This document shows positions 14,446 to 28,520 of a stretch of DNA of 64,000 bases, piece after piece. Each line of letters starts with the position of its first letter. Positions within the stretch are counted from its first letter, which is position 1. Origin of the DNA: Octopus bimaculoides (taxonomy: Eukaryota); contig NC_068990.1 in assembly GCF_001194135.2 (NCBI RefSeq), forward strand, positions 19,418,235 to 19,482,234. Direction: 5' to 3'. The notes below the pieces were generated by a model. That model ran no database searches, was not told the DNA's origin, and worked only from the letters and a program-made list of their open reading frames with translations. Both the position numbers and the translations under genes were made by a program.

Positions 14446-15869
14446 ACATGATTTATAGTACATAGAAATATAGAACAGGCTTTGAAATATCTTTTATTGT
14501 CAAGTTCCAACACAAAAACCATTGTTTTATGTTTTGCCTTGAAGTATATAAATAGATGGCTCTTATATATTATGTTTCAGTCATTTATTGTTACTTTCTA
14601 CTAATTGTCGTTTTGATTTTGAGAAAATAAAGAAGCTTTTTGTTAAAGTACTGAGATAAATTCGGAGCTAATAACGAACACACGCCAAAATTCTCTGTTC
14701 CTTTTTATTTAATATAAGAGACATAGTTTCCTAAATAGTTTAGTTATTAAAATATATTTGCATATACGGTATTTTGTTCTCTCATAACAAATCAATTTGC
14801 TTCAACCATTTGTTTCGCTTTTGCATGTGGTAGATTAGTGCAACAAACATTAAAACAAACATCATTCATTGCGTTACCTGGATTTATTTATCGTTTTCTG
14901 TCTCTTTCAAATGGGATTGCTTTTATCGAAAACTTGTTGGCTATTGCAAATGGCATTGTGGGATTTATTATGCATGTAGCAAGTTTCAGCTAAGATCGGG
15001 TACGTGACAGTATGGATGTAAAGCACCTGCACCTGAGCATTATTCTTGCAAAAGAATGCGTTTACGTCACATCAACAACCCTTTGCCGTAAAGTGATAAA
15101 GCTCTGCACATATTCTTCTTAAGAAAGCAATATTGCCGAATGTATGTGTATGCATGCGCTGTAGAGGAAGTAGAAATCACTTCACTTAGCAAGCATAAGA
15201 TTGGAATGCTCTTATTTCCGTTTTACTTTGCGCTGTTTTCTTTTTTTTTTCGCAGCTTCACAATAAGGTGTAATATTTTGTCTCGTCATAAATCCGAGTA
15301 AAAAGAAAACAATGTTGTTTATAGTTTATTACTCACATTTCCTGTAAAGTTATAATAATAAAATGCTGAGATTCTGTTTCTTTTTTCTCCACATCATTAT
15401 CCTTAGAAGTTGCACACGTTTACACCGAATGCTCATTGTATAGTACCATACGAACTCAAAGAAGAATATCGTAAAAGTACTTTTAAATCAGAGATTGCTA
15501 CCGTAACTATAGTAGTTATTACTGTCCACAAAGTCGAATCCTAACACTCTCGGCTAAATCATTATCACAGTGCTATAATAATGATAGTATATATAACATT
15601 TATTGCTAACCGAGAAACGGACGCTAAGAAGAGTTGTGATAAGCCATCCCGATTCATAAAAGATGTGTTGAATTAACTGAATAAATTCTGATACAGCATT
15701 TCTGTGAAAGAGAACTGCAATCCTTCAGCTAATATCAGCACAGTTAATACAACATATAAACAATCTATATCCTCAAAAAAATCTGATGGCCTGCGTGGCA
15801 AAATTCATTCTATAGAATTCGCGAATTTGAATATATTTTATAGAACCAAAAGTGTCATATTTGTTTTTT

Positions 15870-16270
15870 ACCTTTTATATTTAACTTGTTTCAGTCATTC
15901 AACCGAGACATGTGTGGGTGTGTGTGGTGGGGGTTTCGCCTTGAAGTATTTTAGTTGAACAAATCAACCCCAATATCTATTTTTTGAAAGTTTGGTAATA
16001 TTCTGTCGGTTCTTTTCCGAATCTGCTAAAGTACGGATAAATAAACAAATCAACACTGGCGACAATCTATGAGGACAAAACACAAACACACGCACACGTA
16101 TATCTACAGGGACACAAACTTTTACGATAGGCCTTCACGTACTTTACATTTACCAAATTCTCTTGCAATACAATAGAAGAAAACACTTGCCAAGTATGCC
16201 CCATAGAGTGGGGCTGAACCTAAATCCACGTGTTTGCAAAACGAGCTTCTTAAGCACACGGTCACGTCTG
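15870..16270 (-). mobile_element. SINE family A, degenerate
   Basis: acttgtttcagtcatt...aaatcaacccc...acacttgccaag...gggctgaacc, antiparallel to the 4221 copy. Confidence 0.75.
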
Positions 16271-17204
16271 TCCCTTTATTTATGTGCTGTGTAGAAAAGT
16301 TTGAACTGTTTTCTTTACGAATTTATTCATGTTTCCAAATTTATTGTGCTTACAACTCATTAAAAGTGGAAACATTTACAGAATGAAGCCAACGCTAATC
16401 AACTTTGCCATCTCAGCTTACCTCCATCTAAAACTGCATTGTGAAAAAACAAAATAACGAAAACAAATATATATCTTTAACAGCGTCACAACACATCCAT
16501 ATTTTGGCAAATAAAACATTTAATTTTAATAAAACTTAATTAGATAACACGCTAGTGGAGTCACAAAAATGAAAGAGAAATATTACTTTTGATCATCTAT
16601 TTATAATTTTTTTAAACTTCTTTAGTTCAAAATTTCAAAATATTTTCCTCCATTTATAATTTTGAATCTTTTCTGCATCCAAAATCTCCAACTCTTATAC
16701 TTCAATCTATTAACTGTTTTACATCCGTTTTTCTGTACCTAGCATTTATTTAATATTATATTGGGATTTCATTCGGAATTGTTATTGCATTTCACCTCTA
16801 ACTTTCTCTTTATATATCTAATGTATATTTTGTTTCAACAACATATTCCATATTTCATCTCGTTACATTAATTTAATAAAAACCTAATGCATCTCATTGT
16901 TTACATCAAATCTGAATAACAAGAAGTCTCCAAATGGAGAATCAAAGAAAATCATGAGATGAAAGACATTAAATCGTAAAATCGGTTTAATCTTTATTTC
17001 TTGTAATAGCTGAAGCAACACTCATCCGCTTAGCAAATCTCTAGGCTTTATATTAAACTATTTCCTGTTCTCTCGAAAGCTGTATTAACGTGGGTTCCTA
17101 AATAAAAAATAACGTATTATCTCATGATATAACAAAGGGGTCGTTTACAATTAAATAAAACAGCAATAAATACACAACAATATTGGCATCATTTTCATTT
17201 AATC

Positions 17205-17410
17205 AGATATTTCTTTTAGGTGTTTCAGTGAGGGTTTTGTCGATCAAATCGACTCCAATGCTCATATACTTAATTCTGGTATCTTTTACGTCGTACTAAT
17301 TTGATGAACTGCTAGGTTGTGTAGGTGTAAAATAAGGATTACTGGTTGTCGATAAATGAGGTAAGAGTTTACCACAAGGACATTCGCTTATGCATACGTA
17401 CATACATACA
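17205..17410 (-). mobile_element. SINE family A 3' part, highly degenerate
   Basis: tgtttcagt..gatcaaatcgactcc..gaactgctaggt..ggttgtc motif order. Confidence 0.5.
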
Positions 17411-18524
17411 TATATTTTAGGTCAATTGAAGCTCAGAAGTCTTTAGAAACCATCTCAAAGCTATATGTTTCTATATACTTGGACGTGATATCCTTTATTA
17501 ATTAGTATTTACTGTGTGTCATATTTTGACTTGTTGTCATATGCAATGGTACGATTCAAAGCTAAATGATATTTTCAAAATCTTAAGAAATTTTCCTACT
17601 TGCAGCATGGCTGTTGGATAAGTTATTATAAAGATACATCCTACATAGCTTATAGTTTTGCTTTTTAAATACGTATTTAATACTCTAATTGGTCAACTCA
17701 TTTTTTTTTATAAGCGAGTAGTTTGAACCTGCAATAGCAAATTATCTGAGACATTTCAAAATATATACTAAGCCGTGATTTCTGAAATTTTATTCCTTGC
17801 GTCAACATGCCTGGTGTCACGAATTTATTTTAATTTGCGAAGTTAAATTGATAACTTCGTCGAAAGTTATCGTAAATTTAATTTAGATATTCGATCTGTG
17901 AATAAATGGAATATACTCGTACGGAAGTTAACTTACTCTGGTGAGTAATTATGTTATTAGTTTTGATTTAGAAAACTAAAAGGAAACCTCAAAATAAATA
18001 AAATAAACGCGATGAAACTGTGCTATAGATCTACGTTTTACTTACGTCGAGTTTGGAATTCTTCTTCAGTTACCTTTTCTTTATTCGTTGAATCTTTTGC
18101 AAAGGTTGTAAAATATTAATTCTAATTATTCGATTCAATTAGATGTAATGAATTAAATTAAACGGTGGTTGATTGGAGATGTCGACCTAAGTAGTAGAAA
18201 GGAAGTAAATGAATTACTCAAACGATAATAAATTTCTGAATGTTGCCATTTGTTCTTATAGATAGTGGAGTTCGGATCCCTACAATTTTGGAATTTCAAG
18301 ACAAAATCTAACTGACGACGCTCAGTTTAAACTAATCATATTTGCATCAATGAAAAGGTCTTATCGCTATAGTATCTATTAAAAGTATCAAAAATTACTC
18401 TCTTCACATGAATAGATGCAAACTTATCTGGATCGACGCAGGTTTCGAAAAGTTAATCTTACAATGAAGCATATCATTCTGTAAGTAAGAAATTAAAAAC
18501 TACAGAGCATCATTGCAGAACTAG

Positions 18525-18725
18525 TAAGGCGACTAGCTGGCTGCATCGTTATACTCAACGGCATTTCGTCTGTGTTTCCGTTTTGAAATCATATTCCGCC
18601 GAGGTTGATTTTGCCTTTCATCGTGGTAGTTTCGATAAAATAAATACCAGTAAATTACTGGTGTCAATGTCATCCACTGACCCCTCCCCAGATATGCCTA
18701 CCTCGTGCCAAAAATTTGAAGCTTC
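18525..18725 (+). mobile_element. SINE family B
   Basis: ggcgactagctggctgcatcgtta...attccgccgaggttgattttgcctttcatc...gtgccaaaatttgaa. Confidence 0.8.
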
Positions 18726-18856
18726 AATACAATAATTGGTCATATTCAAAAGCTTGCCTTCTAGAGCTTTAGTTTCTTTCAAATTAAAATCATGTGTAAC
18801 TACGTATAAATACATCACTGAAATATACAAAACTCAATACAGTAATCCCTCGAATA

Positions 18857-19076
18857 CAGTAATCCCTCGACTATCGCGTGTGTTACGTTCCAAAATACCT
18901 CGCAATTGATGGAAATCGGCAAAGTAGAAAGAGTACTGTACTGTATGTATATATTGTTTTATTATTTTTTATAATTTGTATATATTTATTATAAATGCAA
19001 AACAATACGGAAGAATCGATGTAAGCTTAAATAATAAACCACGATAGGCGAACCGCATTGTGACAAGGGATTACTG
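18857..19076. mobile_element. Tc1/mariner (pogo/Tigger-like) MITE
   Basis: TA-CAGTAATCCCTCG...AAGGGATTACTG-TA; TA TSD. Confidence 0.85.
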
Positions 19077-19114
19077 TATTTGAAATCTTGGAACATGAAC
19101 AGCAATTGTATGGA

Positions 19115-19497
19115 CAGGAGTTTAATTGATTGCATTGGCTTTAGTGTTTTGGTAATTTTTATCTCACTGACAAAGAAAGAATAAAATGCATAATCGCCCT
19201 CCTGCGGAATTTGAACGGAGAGACTCTGGAGAAATGCCGCTCCGAACGTTTCTTATTTCTTTATTGCCCACAAGGGGCTAAACATAGAGGGGACAGACAA
19301 AGGCATTAAGTCTATTACATCGACCCCAGTGCGTAGCTGGTACATAATTTATTGACTCCAAAAGGATGAACGGCAAAGTTGATCTCGGAGGAATTTGAAC
19401 TCAGAACCTAACGGCAGACGAAATACCGCTAAGCATTTCGCCCGGCGTGCTAACGTTTCTGCCAGCTCGCCGATCCGAACATTTTTGTCAGCTCGCC
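19115..19497 (-). mobile_element. Young SINE B (19255-19473) nested in an older SINE B
   Basis: Near-consensus full copy flanked by tccgaacgtttct / tccgaacattttt; the host continues on both sides. Confidence 0.85.
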
Positions 19498-19554
19498 GTT
19501 TTAGTAGCACCAGTATTAATAAACAGCATGCATTCTTGATTTTTTTTAATGTTA

Positions 19555-19770
19555 TAAATCCTTTCTGCTAAAGGAACAAGGCCTGAAATTTCAGGGAGGG
19601 GACAAGTCGATCACATCAACCCCAATGTTTCACTGGTGCTTTTATTTTCGACCCCGAAAGGAAGAAAGGAAAAGTCGACCTCGGCGGAATTTGAACTCAG
19701 AACGTAGCGGCAGACAAAATATCGCTAAGCATTTCGCCCGGCGTGCTAATGATTCTGCCAGTTAGCCGGC
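19555..19770 (-). mobile_element. SINE family B, full length, second 3'-end subtype
   Basis: aagtcgacctcggcggaatttgaactcagaacgt...gctaagcatttcgcccggcgtgctaa. Confidence 0.9.
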
Positions 19771-20639
19771 TTTTTTCTATCTTATAAATATTAAATCATC
19801 ATTGACATAGACATACACTTATAGTAGATGTGTCAAATGAAAGAACGGCTTTCGATATATAATGTAGCACGTTTTAATGCTGTTCTGATCAGAAAACCTG
19901 TTGAGTCAAACGTGAGTGAGGAAATAATAAATTCTGTCACAGAAAATTAGATCTTTAATATATTTACACAAATTTTTGTTACCATAAAAAATTAAAATTG
20001 ATACCATGTCTATATTCACACAAGAATTTTATCTTTTTTTATCCATCATTCTTTTCAAAAGTACAAAACGTTTTCCCTCATTTACTTTCGTTGCTTGCTG
20101 GGTTAATATTTGTTATAGCAACGATACATTACGATCATTTTACTCAGTGAAATCCTTCATATTATATACATACATTCATGTATAATTACCGTTTTCATTT
20201 CGCTTATCCATAGGTATTTCGACTGCCTATATAATGTAACTCGGATAATATAGGTTGAACACCATTTCATAATGGATAAAATTAGTATGATGTGTTTTCT
20301 TATATATTTCTCCCTCCCCTACATTCTGAAGAAAAAAAATCATTGAAATCTTCTAACTTTAAAGTGCACATTTTTGAAATAAAATACTATGGCATTCACA
20401 GTTTACCCAATGATATAACAGAACACAGTTTGATTATAATATCCATGTGATTTGAGCGTTTACAAGCTTTATCACTTGGTCTATACCGTTCTAAAGGATT
20501 TCATAGCAATAATAATGTAGTTTCTTTAGCTAAAATGAGACAGGTAAAGATGGAACTCCATCCCGAGTAATGTAGGCTCATAACACCGATTTCCTGGATT
20601 CTGCGATGTATATGCATCTCACTGGAGGGAACGTCGTTC

Positions 20640-20780
20640 TTTCTCATTTTTACCAGCTTTGTGGACAGACGCAACGTGGATTGAAGTGCTTTATGCAAGC
20701 ACGCAACACGCTGATCTGTCTTCGAATCGAAATTATTACCTTGCGATCATGACTCTAATGCCTCGGAACCAACATAGCTA
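20640..20780 (-). mobile_element. SINE family D, degenerate
   Basis: gcaacgtggattgaagtgctttatgcaag..cacgc..gaatcgaaa..gatcatgactc. Confidence 0.6.
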
Positions 20781-21797
20781 AACAAATACTAATACATCAT
20801 TGTCATTTGAAGTCTAAATCTTTGTGGCAGAAGTCACAGCCACCTTGTGCTCAGATCTTTATAGAAATACACCACACTTCGAACACAACTTGGACCAGCA
20901 TCTTTCACAAAGTCGCTACGTTATACGTATATCAATTAATTAACAAAACAGTAAAAGAAACAGAATGGCATAGGCAGTAAATTTCTACACTGAAGGTATC
21001 ACTTTACTAACTGCATCATCATTAAGAAAGTGACAGACGTTGTTAGCTAGCAATGTGTTGTTGTTATTTAACACTAAATTCCAGCTGTGACGAAATTAAT
21101 CTATGATCGGGTTTTTCCGACCGTACCCGGCTTGTCGATTATTTAAACATTACATTTAATACATCATTAAATGGCCCGAGGGTTTTTCACACATTGTTAT
21201 GGCAAAGCTGTTATTTCTATGAAATTCTAATAATAACTTAATGGTTCCTTCGTTTATACGCTTTCTAGTGTGCTGTTATGAAACTATATATCTCTAATGC
21301 TGGATTTGTACGTTCGTGTGTGTCATCGCGACTCAAAATTCATGTGTGAAATTTTTGTATTAAAATACCTTCGATGTTGCAGTGACATTACTCCTGTAGT
21401 GTTGACAAAATGTATTGAATTTATATGAACATTAATATATTCTATAGCAACCGTCTTCAATCCAACTAGGCTTTTCAAATTCAATGTTGCTACGAGGATA
21501 TTATTTGTTTAATTTAGAAGTAAATGCTTATATAACACTGTTAATAAAAATATTATAGAATAATGTTATTGGAGATTGTATACATTGCTACTAAAATAAA
21601 GTGTTTCCAATCTATCAAAACAAGCTAAGATTTTGAACATTTGCTATGTCAAAGCATGCAGTTAAAAGGATAGAAGGCTTTTAATAGGTTTTTTTTTAAA
21701 TATTTACATGTGAAAGATGTACAAGTCATTCCCAAAAGTAAAAGAAAAAAAAACTATTTTGAAAGATAATAATTTCTAAAATTCAAACTCAAGAAAC

Positions 21798-21845
<48 letters not shown>

Positions 21846-22250
21846 AATGTGTGTGTGTGTGCTGGTATAAAATTATCAGTGTGATGTACGTATTGAAAAG
21901 AAAGTTGTAACATTGGACAACGTAATTTCTACTGTCAATGACCAAGTTAGATAGAATTGATCATGCGTCCATACATAAATGTTTTTTAATCATTGACAGC
22001 AACTGAAGTGACAGATTCGTCCCAGAAGGTATTCTGACACATTAATGTATCTATTTAGCTTTTCATCTTTGACTTCTTCTACCTGATTGTATGATTTCTC
22101 ATTTTGCACTACCTACTTTTGTTTCTTTCCAATCTTGCTTCTTTGTGCGCAATACAGACATGCAGTAAAAAGAAAAAAGAGCAAAAGTTGTCTCGTTAAG
22201 TGCTACAATCAGTTAATTAATCTTATCAGTTAATGTATTTTGGCACATAC

Positions 22251-22370
22251 TGATAAATTCCAACTAGCGTTCTCATCTTGGTCGTTAGGATCTGCAGTCT
22301 TCATTATGCAATTCAGAAATATAGCTGAGCTTTCATATTCTAGCTTCTTCGGGACGAAGTACATGTACAT
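22251..22370 (-). CDS. Weak candidate exon (MYMYFVPKKLEYESSAIFLNCIMKTADPNDQDENASWNLS)
   Basis: 40 open codons ending at donor TCA|GTATGT; the acceptor ccctag has a poor pyrimidine tract. Confidence 0.25.
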
Positions 22371-22555
22371 CTAGGGCATCCCACTAGCGGGAATTTAATA
22401 CTTATCATTTATGCTGTGCAAAAAAAAAAGGGTTATTGTGGGCCAAATATCGTACAAAACATCTAACTTCTGATCAACGCATATTCTAACAAGGCAAGAA
22501 AGGCTGTCTATAGTAACATATATTTCTCAAATGTAGCATATTTTCAAGTATAAAG

Positions 22556-22945
22556 TTGTTGCTGTTGGCACTTCGTCGCTTACGACGTCGAGGGTTCCAA
22601 TTGATCCGATCAACGGAACAGCCTGCTCGTGACATTAACGTGTAAGTGGCTAAGCACTCCACAGACACGTGTACCCATAACGTAGTTCTCGGGGACATTC
22701 AGCGTGACACAATGTGACAAGGCTGACCCTTTGAATTACAGGCACAACAGAAACAGGAAGTATGAGTGAGAGAATGTTGTGGTGGAAGAGTACAGCAGGG
22801 TTCACCACCATCCCCTGCCGGAGCCTCGTGGAGCTTTAGGTGTTTTCGCTCAATAAACACTCACAACGCCCGGTCTGGGAATCGAAACCGCGATCCTATG
22901 ACCGCGAGTGCGCTTCCCTAACCACTGGGCTATTGCGCCTCCACT
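22556..22945 (-). mobile_element. SINE family C, full length, tRNA(Arg)-like head
   Basis: Head ggaggcgcaatagcccagtggttaggg..ggtttcgattccc; (CAA)n tail; 10-bp TSD aagtataaag at 22546 and 22946. Confidence 0.95.
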
Positions 22946-23069
22946 AAGTATAAAGATATAAGAATAAATAACATAAGTAAAATAGACATATTGATTTGTC
23001 TGCCTTATATTAGAAACATGTCGGAAAGATATAAATGCCTTCTGTCTGTACAGTATCTCGATATTATTC

Positions 23070-23365
23070 GAAAGCGGATTTGGAAGACGGAAACTGAAAG
23101 AAGCTTTCTATATACACATATATGTGTGTGTTTTCTTCTATCTGTCTCTCTTCGTTTGGGGTTGTCCCCCGCAACCGTTTGATGAACAGTATCGTTCTGG
23201 TTACATCACCGTAACTTCGCAGTTCGGAAGAATCACGGACAAAATAAAAGGGCGGACTCAAAAGAAATAAATAACGGAACTGATTCTTTCGACTAGAATT
23301 CTTCCAGGTGGTGCACCAGTATGGCCGCAGTCTTATTACTGAAACAAATTAAAGATGAAAGATAA
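23070..23365 (+). mobile_element. SINE family A, 5'-truncated
   Basis: ggatttggaagacggaaactgaaagaagc...caccgtaactt...ggtggtgcaccagtatggccgcagtc...actgaaacaa. Confidence 0.85.
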
Positions 23366-24179
23366 TATATAAAAGCAGATTCTTTTTAAATGGAGGAACT
23401 GCGACGTACAAAAAGATTCAGTATCTCTCAAAACTAATAGAATGTTTTAAACTGTATAGAAACCGAGGAAAAAGCATATGAAAATATGAAAGTACTTGCA
23501 TATTCGTTACGGTTTCTATTTAACGAATCTAAGTTGTCATATAATTTTAATGAAATAAATAATGAAATGTAAACCATATCTATGAAAAATAACTCATACC
23601 CTACGCGAAAAAAAAACATGTCAAAGAGTACATCAAATAAAATTAAAATATAGTTACGGGAAAGGTAATATCAAGATAATTAATTATATCTTAAAAACTA
23701 CACGAACCCATATTCACATAGAAATTCATACAAATCTCTTTGCGGAAAATTGTAAATTTAGTGTCAATTGAGATCAAATTATGATTGAGGATAAGGCCAA
23801 AGTGTCACCGACATATATAACACTTCTTTAATAACAAACACGCGTACGCGTCACACATTTACCAGTACATACGCACGTAGACACACACACACACACATAC
23901 ATACACTCACATGCACGCACTCATATCTGTGGAGGATAATGCTTTACTTTTAATACATTTAACAAACCGCAAGGTTGACAGACAGACATGCATACATACA
24001 TACACACACATACATACATACATAGAGACATACATACATACATAAACACATACATATATACACACATACATATATAAATACATAACTTAGATATCTTAGA
24101 TATGTTTCGAGCAAAGATTGGTTCTGGCCATGTCTAATTCAATAGCAGCACCTGATAGGATTTGTTAAATCTCTTTTAA

Positions 24180-25260
24180 CTCTAGTTATGTGGTATCATG
24201 GTCCATTCGAGCAGGGAGTTCTTGTTGAGTGAGTTGTATCCAGATATACGTAGCTTATCTGGTATTCCATGAAGAAATTTGTCCAGATTCCGTTTAAAGG
24301 TAATAGGATCTTTTTCCTCTTTGGTCTGTTTCGGGACTACGTTAAAGATACGACAGGGCCTGTTGAGGAAAAGAAATTGTGCTGCAATGTATTTATGTGT
24401 AGCCATCCTGAATTGGGTAGGGGACGTATGGCCCGTGGTCCTAGCCTTAGAGTTTCAATGCTTTAAGGTGGTCCTAACAATCGAGATTAGTCATGCCCTT
24501 AATTCTTTTTTAATGAATGACGTATGGGGTGATTCAGTTTTCAAAATGTTTTGTTTTGCATGGAGAGACCACAGTGGTGAAGCAGTATTCGGGGTGTGGC
24601 CGTACAAAGGAGGAGAAAAGAGGAATGATGACACCTTGTTCTGTGGACTCTAAGGTTCTTCTGGTCTAGGATCTCATCCTACGAGCTTATTGTTGATGTG
24701 GGCACTCGAGGTGAGATTGTTGTCAACAATTACTCCTAGGTCTCTGATATTATTAGATGCTGTGAGTGGTTCTCTTAAAGGTAGAGAGTATGGCTGTTTT
24801 AGTATAGTCTTTCTTCCAAAATGCATCAGCTCAAATTCTCCCTCGTTTAGGTTTTGTCTGCCCATTGACTCGCAGCAAGTAGATCAGACTGGAGTTCAGT
24901 TCGGTCTTCTTCATTGATAATTTTCAGGAACTTAGAGTCATCAGCGAATATTTCCATTATGAAGTATTTTACGACGCTGGAAAGATACTACAAAGAGGAG
25001 TAGGCCCAAGATTGTAAGTTGGTGACTACATTCATTTAGGAGACTAGCGGGGAATCTATCAGGGCCCACAACAGAATAGTATTTATTGCTGCTATGATGT
25101 CTGAATCAGTAAAAGTTATGTCCGAGATTACATTTTGGGAATCGACTTCATTCACACATCCCTTACGTCAGTGTCAGTGGGATCACTAAAGACAGAGCAG
25201 GATTGTTTCTGTAGTACTTCTGCCATTCCTTTAGCATCATGTTGGATAATGCCGTTATCA
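24180..25260 (-). mobile_element. Decayed CR1/L2-group LINE ORF2 (RT plus C-terminus) with internal deletions
   Basis: Minus translation gives GPDRFPASLLNEC, IFADDSKFLKII..ELQSDL, DLGVIVDNNL and FKRNLDKFLHGIPD. Confidence 0.9.
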
Positions 25261-26022
25261 TATCTTTATCATACATACATACATAGAGAATGCCGTTATC
25301 ATACATACATACATACAAACTACATACATACATACATACATATAGGCAACGAGACAGATAAATAGAGATAGAGGTAGATAGATAGATAGATAGAGATAGT
25401 GAGAGAGAGAGAAGCACTTGTAATATGTACATAGAAACATGGTCTTTACCTATATATCTGCATGACTATGTAGGATGTAGGGTTAGTTTCATAAGTATCG
25501 AAGCTACTTCTGTATAAAACATCTAAAGTAAATTTTGATTCTCTGTATTAGGTGAATACGCTGATCATTGTGAGAAATTATACTGACCGTTCTTTATTTA
25601 AATAAGGTGTTTTTGACGTGGTCGATAACGTACAATGGCGTTGGTTTGATAGCTGTTGACACAACCTGTGGTTTGAATATCAACACAGAAATGGCATGGC
25701 CAGAATTAGGTCAGTTGTCGGAAAAAAGCATTAATAAAATTAAACGTCTAAGCAGCTCTTAATTGAATCAATATCTTCTGATGTTTGTTCGGTAAATTGA
25801 TAAGATTTTGTTATGATGATTTAGATTCTTCAGACTAAAAGACAAGAATAATATTTTTGCCATTTCCTTTCACACGCTATGCTTTTATAATGTAACAAAT
25901 CAACACTTTTTCAAGCGGTGGGATGAATGCAGAAAAACGCACAGGGAGATACATGAACACGCGTGCAATTTCACAGGGTCTCCTTCAAATAAATTCACTC
26001 ACAATTATCAGTAATCCTAGGG

Positions 26023-26361
26023 CAATAGTTTTCAACTGGGGTCAATATAAGGGTTCACACAATTTTGAGGGTCCACACGACAAAAGAGTAAATTGGCGAT
26101 CCACAATATTATTCTATGGGTCTCTGAAAAAAATTTGCTTTGCATGTATGTCTTGGTAAGTATTACAAGAAACGGTTAGGGTTCTTTATCTGGCGTTTTA
26201 TATAGTTCAATCTACACCAGTTAATGTGTGGAAAACAAAATAGGAACTTCGAAAGAGAGTTTCTGTAAAACTAGTTTTTAAAAATCAAATGATTATAGGG
26301 ATCCACCAGAATAAAATAGTAATTAGAGGAGTCCATTGATAAAAATGGTTCAGAACCCTTG
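26023..26361. mobile_element. hAT (Charlie-like) MITE
   Basis: Ends CAATAGTTTTCAAC...GTTCAGAACCCTTG; 8-bp TSD tcctaggg / tcctaagg. Confidence 0.75.
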
Positions 26362-26623
26362 TCCTAAGGCTATTGATCGAACATAGAAAGCACACCACTA
26401 GGTTAGAATTGAAACTGTAAGAATACTTCCGAGCGCCTAGCGACAATACATTTTATTTTCGCTTCGTAATAGATATATTGTTGTAGAAGAAGCTATGTCA
26501 CCGATGTCCATTAACTCCGTTCATTTACAAAGAAAATTAGTGTTTTAAAGAAAATGTATTACCAGACTGGAACTAAAGCCTGGCAAAGAAATGATTGTGC
26601 TTCAACTGATCGCTTGCTACATA

Positions 26624-26624
<1 letters not shown>

Positions 26625-26683
<59 letters not shown>

Positions 26684-26806
26684 ACTATATACATATGTGG
26701 GTGTGTGTGTGCACGATGTTTGTGTCTGTTTCTATGTGTATAGGTGTTTCTGTGCACGTACGTATTACTGTGTCCATGAGTGTGTGCGCATGAATCCGTG
26801 TATTTG

Positions 26807-26838
<32 letters not shown>

Positions 26839-26973
26839 AATATGAGAGAGAGAGTGAGAAAGATAGATAGATAGATATACGTATACATATATGCATGTAT
26901 ATATGGATACACATATGCATATATACATTCATATATATATATGCATACATAGTTATTATATCTCACATACATA

Positions 26974-27032
<59 letters not shown>

Positions 27033-27160
27033 ATAAAGACGCACTCATGTACGCATGTACACCGACACAGAAACACACACTCGCGCGCGCGCGCACGAAC
27101 ACACACACACACACACACACACACTCGTCGCGCGCGCAAGGACACACACACACATACACA
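26625..27160. repeat. Compound (TCTA)n/(TA)n/(CG)n/(CA)n microsatellite
   Basis: Direct reading. Confidence 0.9.
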
Positions 27161-27165
27161 CTCAC

Positions 27166-27339
27166 CAAGTAAAAAGTACGAGCGCACAGACGCAAATGAA
27201 TACATCTGTCATGACGTTAAAAGCAGTGGTGGTAGTGAAAGTAAAGAGAACAGCGTAGCGTTCCAAAATATTGGCAAATTCAAGTATATTCTGTTGCTTA
27301 GCAACAGGCAAGTAACTCTCATGAAGTAGTAGCGAGTGG
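27166..27339 (-). CDS. Candidate exon ([57 protein letters not shown]), hydrophobic 3' half; may instead be 5'UTR plus a signal-peptide start
   Basis: Strong acceptor gtgttttttcctaccag, perfect donor TTG|GTGAGT, 174 nt symmetric phase 2-2, unique sequence between microsatellites. Confidence 0.5.
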
Positions 27340-27794
27340 CTGGTAGGAAAAAACACGTACAGTTGTTTAATGGGTGTTTTTCAACCATTTCAAAAGCAGA
27401 CCTCTTTAACATCTTCATATCGCTGAAATCTTAGAATTCTTTTAATTTTCATGCTTCAAGTCCTATCAGACGTAATTTCAATTTTAGAAAAATTTAACGA
27501 TGATGGCTAAAACTTCACCATTGATATGAACCACCGCCACGAACACTACTAACACCACTGCCGCCACCACCAGTGCTACTAGCGCCACCACAACCACCAC
27601 AATAACCCCATACATGGCAAAATGAGGAGAGAAAAAAAACAAACAAACGAAAACGACGGTGGTTAGAGAAAATTAAACAAATAAAGAATATAACAGCAGC
27701 ATCAAGAATAAAACGGAGATAATTAAAAATAGCAATACGTACATACATACATACATACACACATATATAAATATGTATATATGTGTATATATAA

Positions 27795-27847
<53 letters not shown>

Positions 27848-28014
27848 TTACATATATATATTTATATTTACATACATACATATATAAGTATGTATATATG
27901 TGTATATATAAATATAAACACACACACACACANNNNNNNNNNNNNNNNNNNNNNNNNNNNNNNNNNNNNNNNNNNNNNNNNNNNNNNNNNNNNNNNNNNN
28001 NNNNNNNNNNNNNN

Positions 28015-28055
<41 letters not shown>

Positions 28056-28520
28056 CCTCTCCAAGCAATAACAATCATATAATTATCTTCGTTTTTCATC
28101 TAAACCGCCATCCACATTTACTAATGGTTTCTCTCTCTTTAAAGTAGATTTGGTAGCAATTGGACTACTTAAAACGAAAAGCAAAACAACAAATATGGCA
28201 GTTTCTCTTACCATCTCTCTTTCTCTCTTTCTACTTTATTTCTGTTAGTGTCTCTCTCTCTCTTTCACTTTCTCTCTTTCTCTCCCTCTGTATTTCGTTT
28301 ACTCTGTCTTTTCTTCAAACTTTCTCGCTCTCACTGTCCCTCCCTTTCCTTATGTCTCTATCTCTATCTCTCTTACGAAAGCAAACGTGCGTGTGTGTGT
28401 GTATGCTCGCATTAACAATCATATTCTGCAATACGCAGTGGCGAACGAAGGTACATTAGCATGCATACTCTCACCCACTGTTATTGATTTTGTTAGTGAC
28501 CAGTCATTAATTGTACTCAC

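Noticed and set aside
16640-16860. Possible decayed Penelope GIY-YIG C-terminus on the minus strand
   Set aside because: Too degenerate to support
22000-22028. Plus-strand 29-nt AG..GT segment
   Set aside because: Isolated; expected by chance in 64 kb
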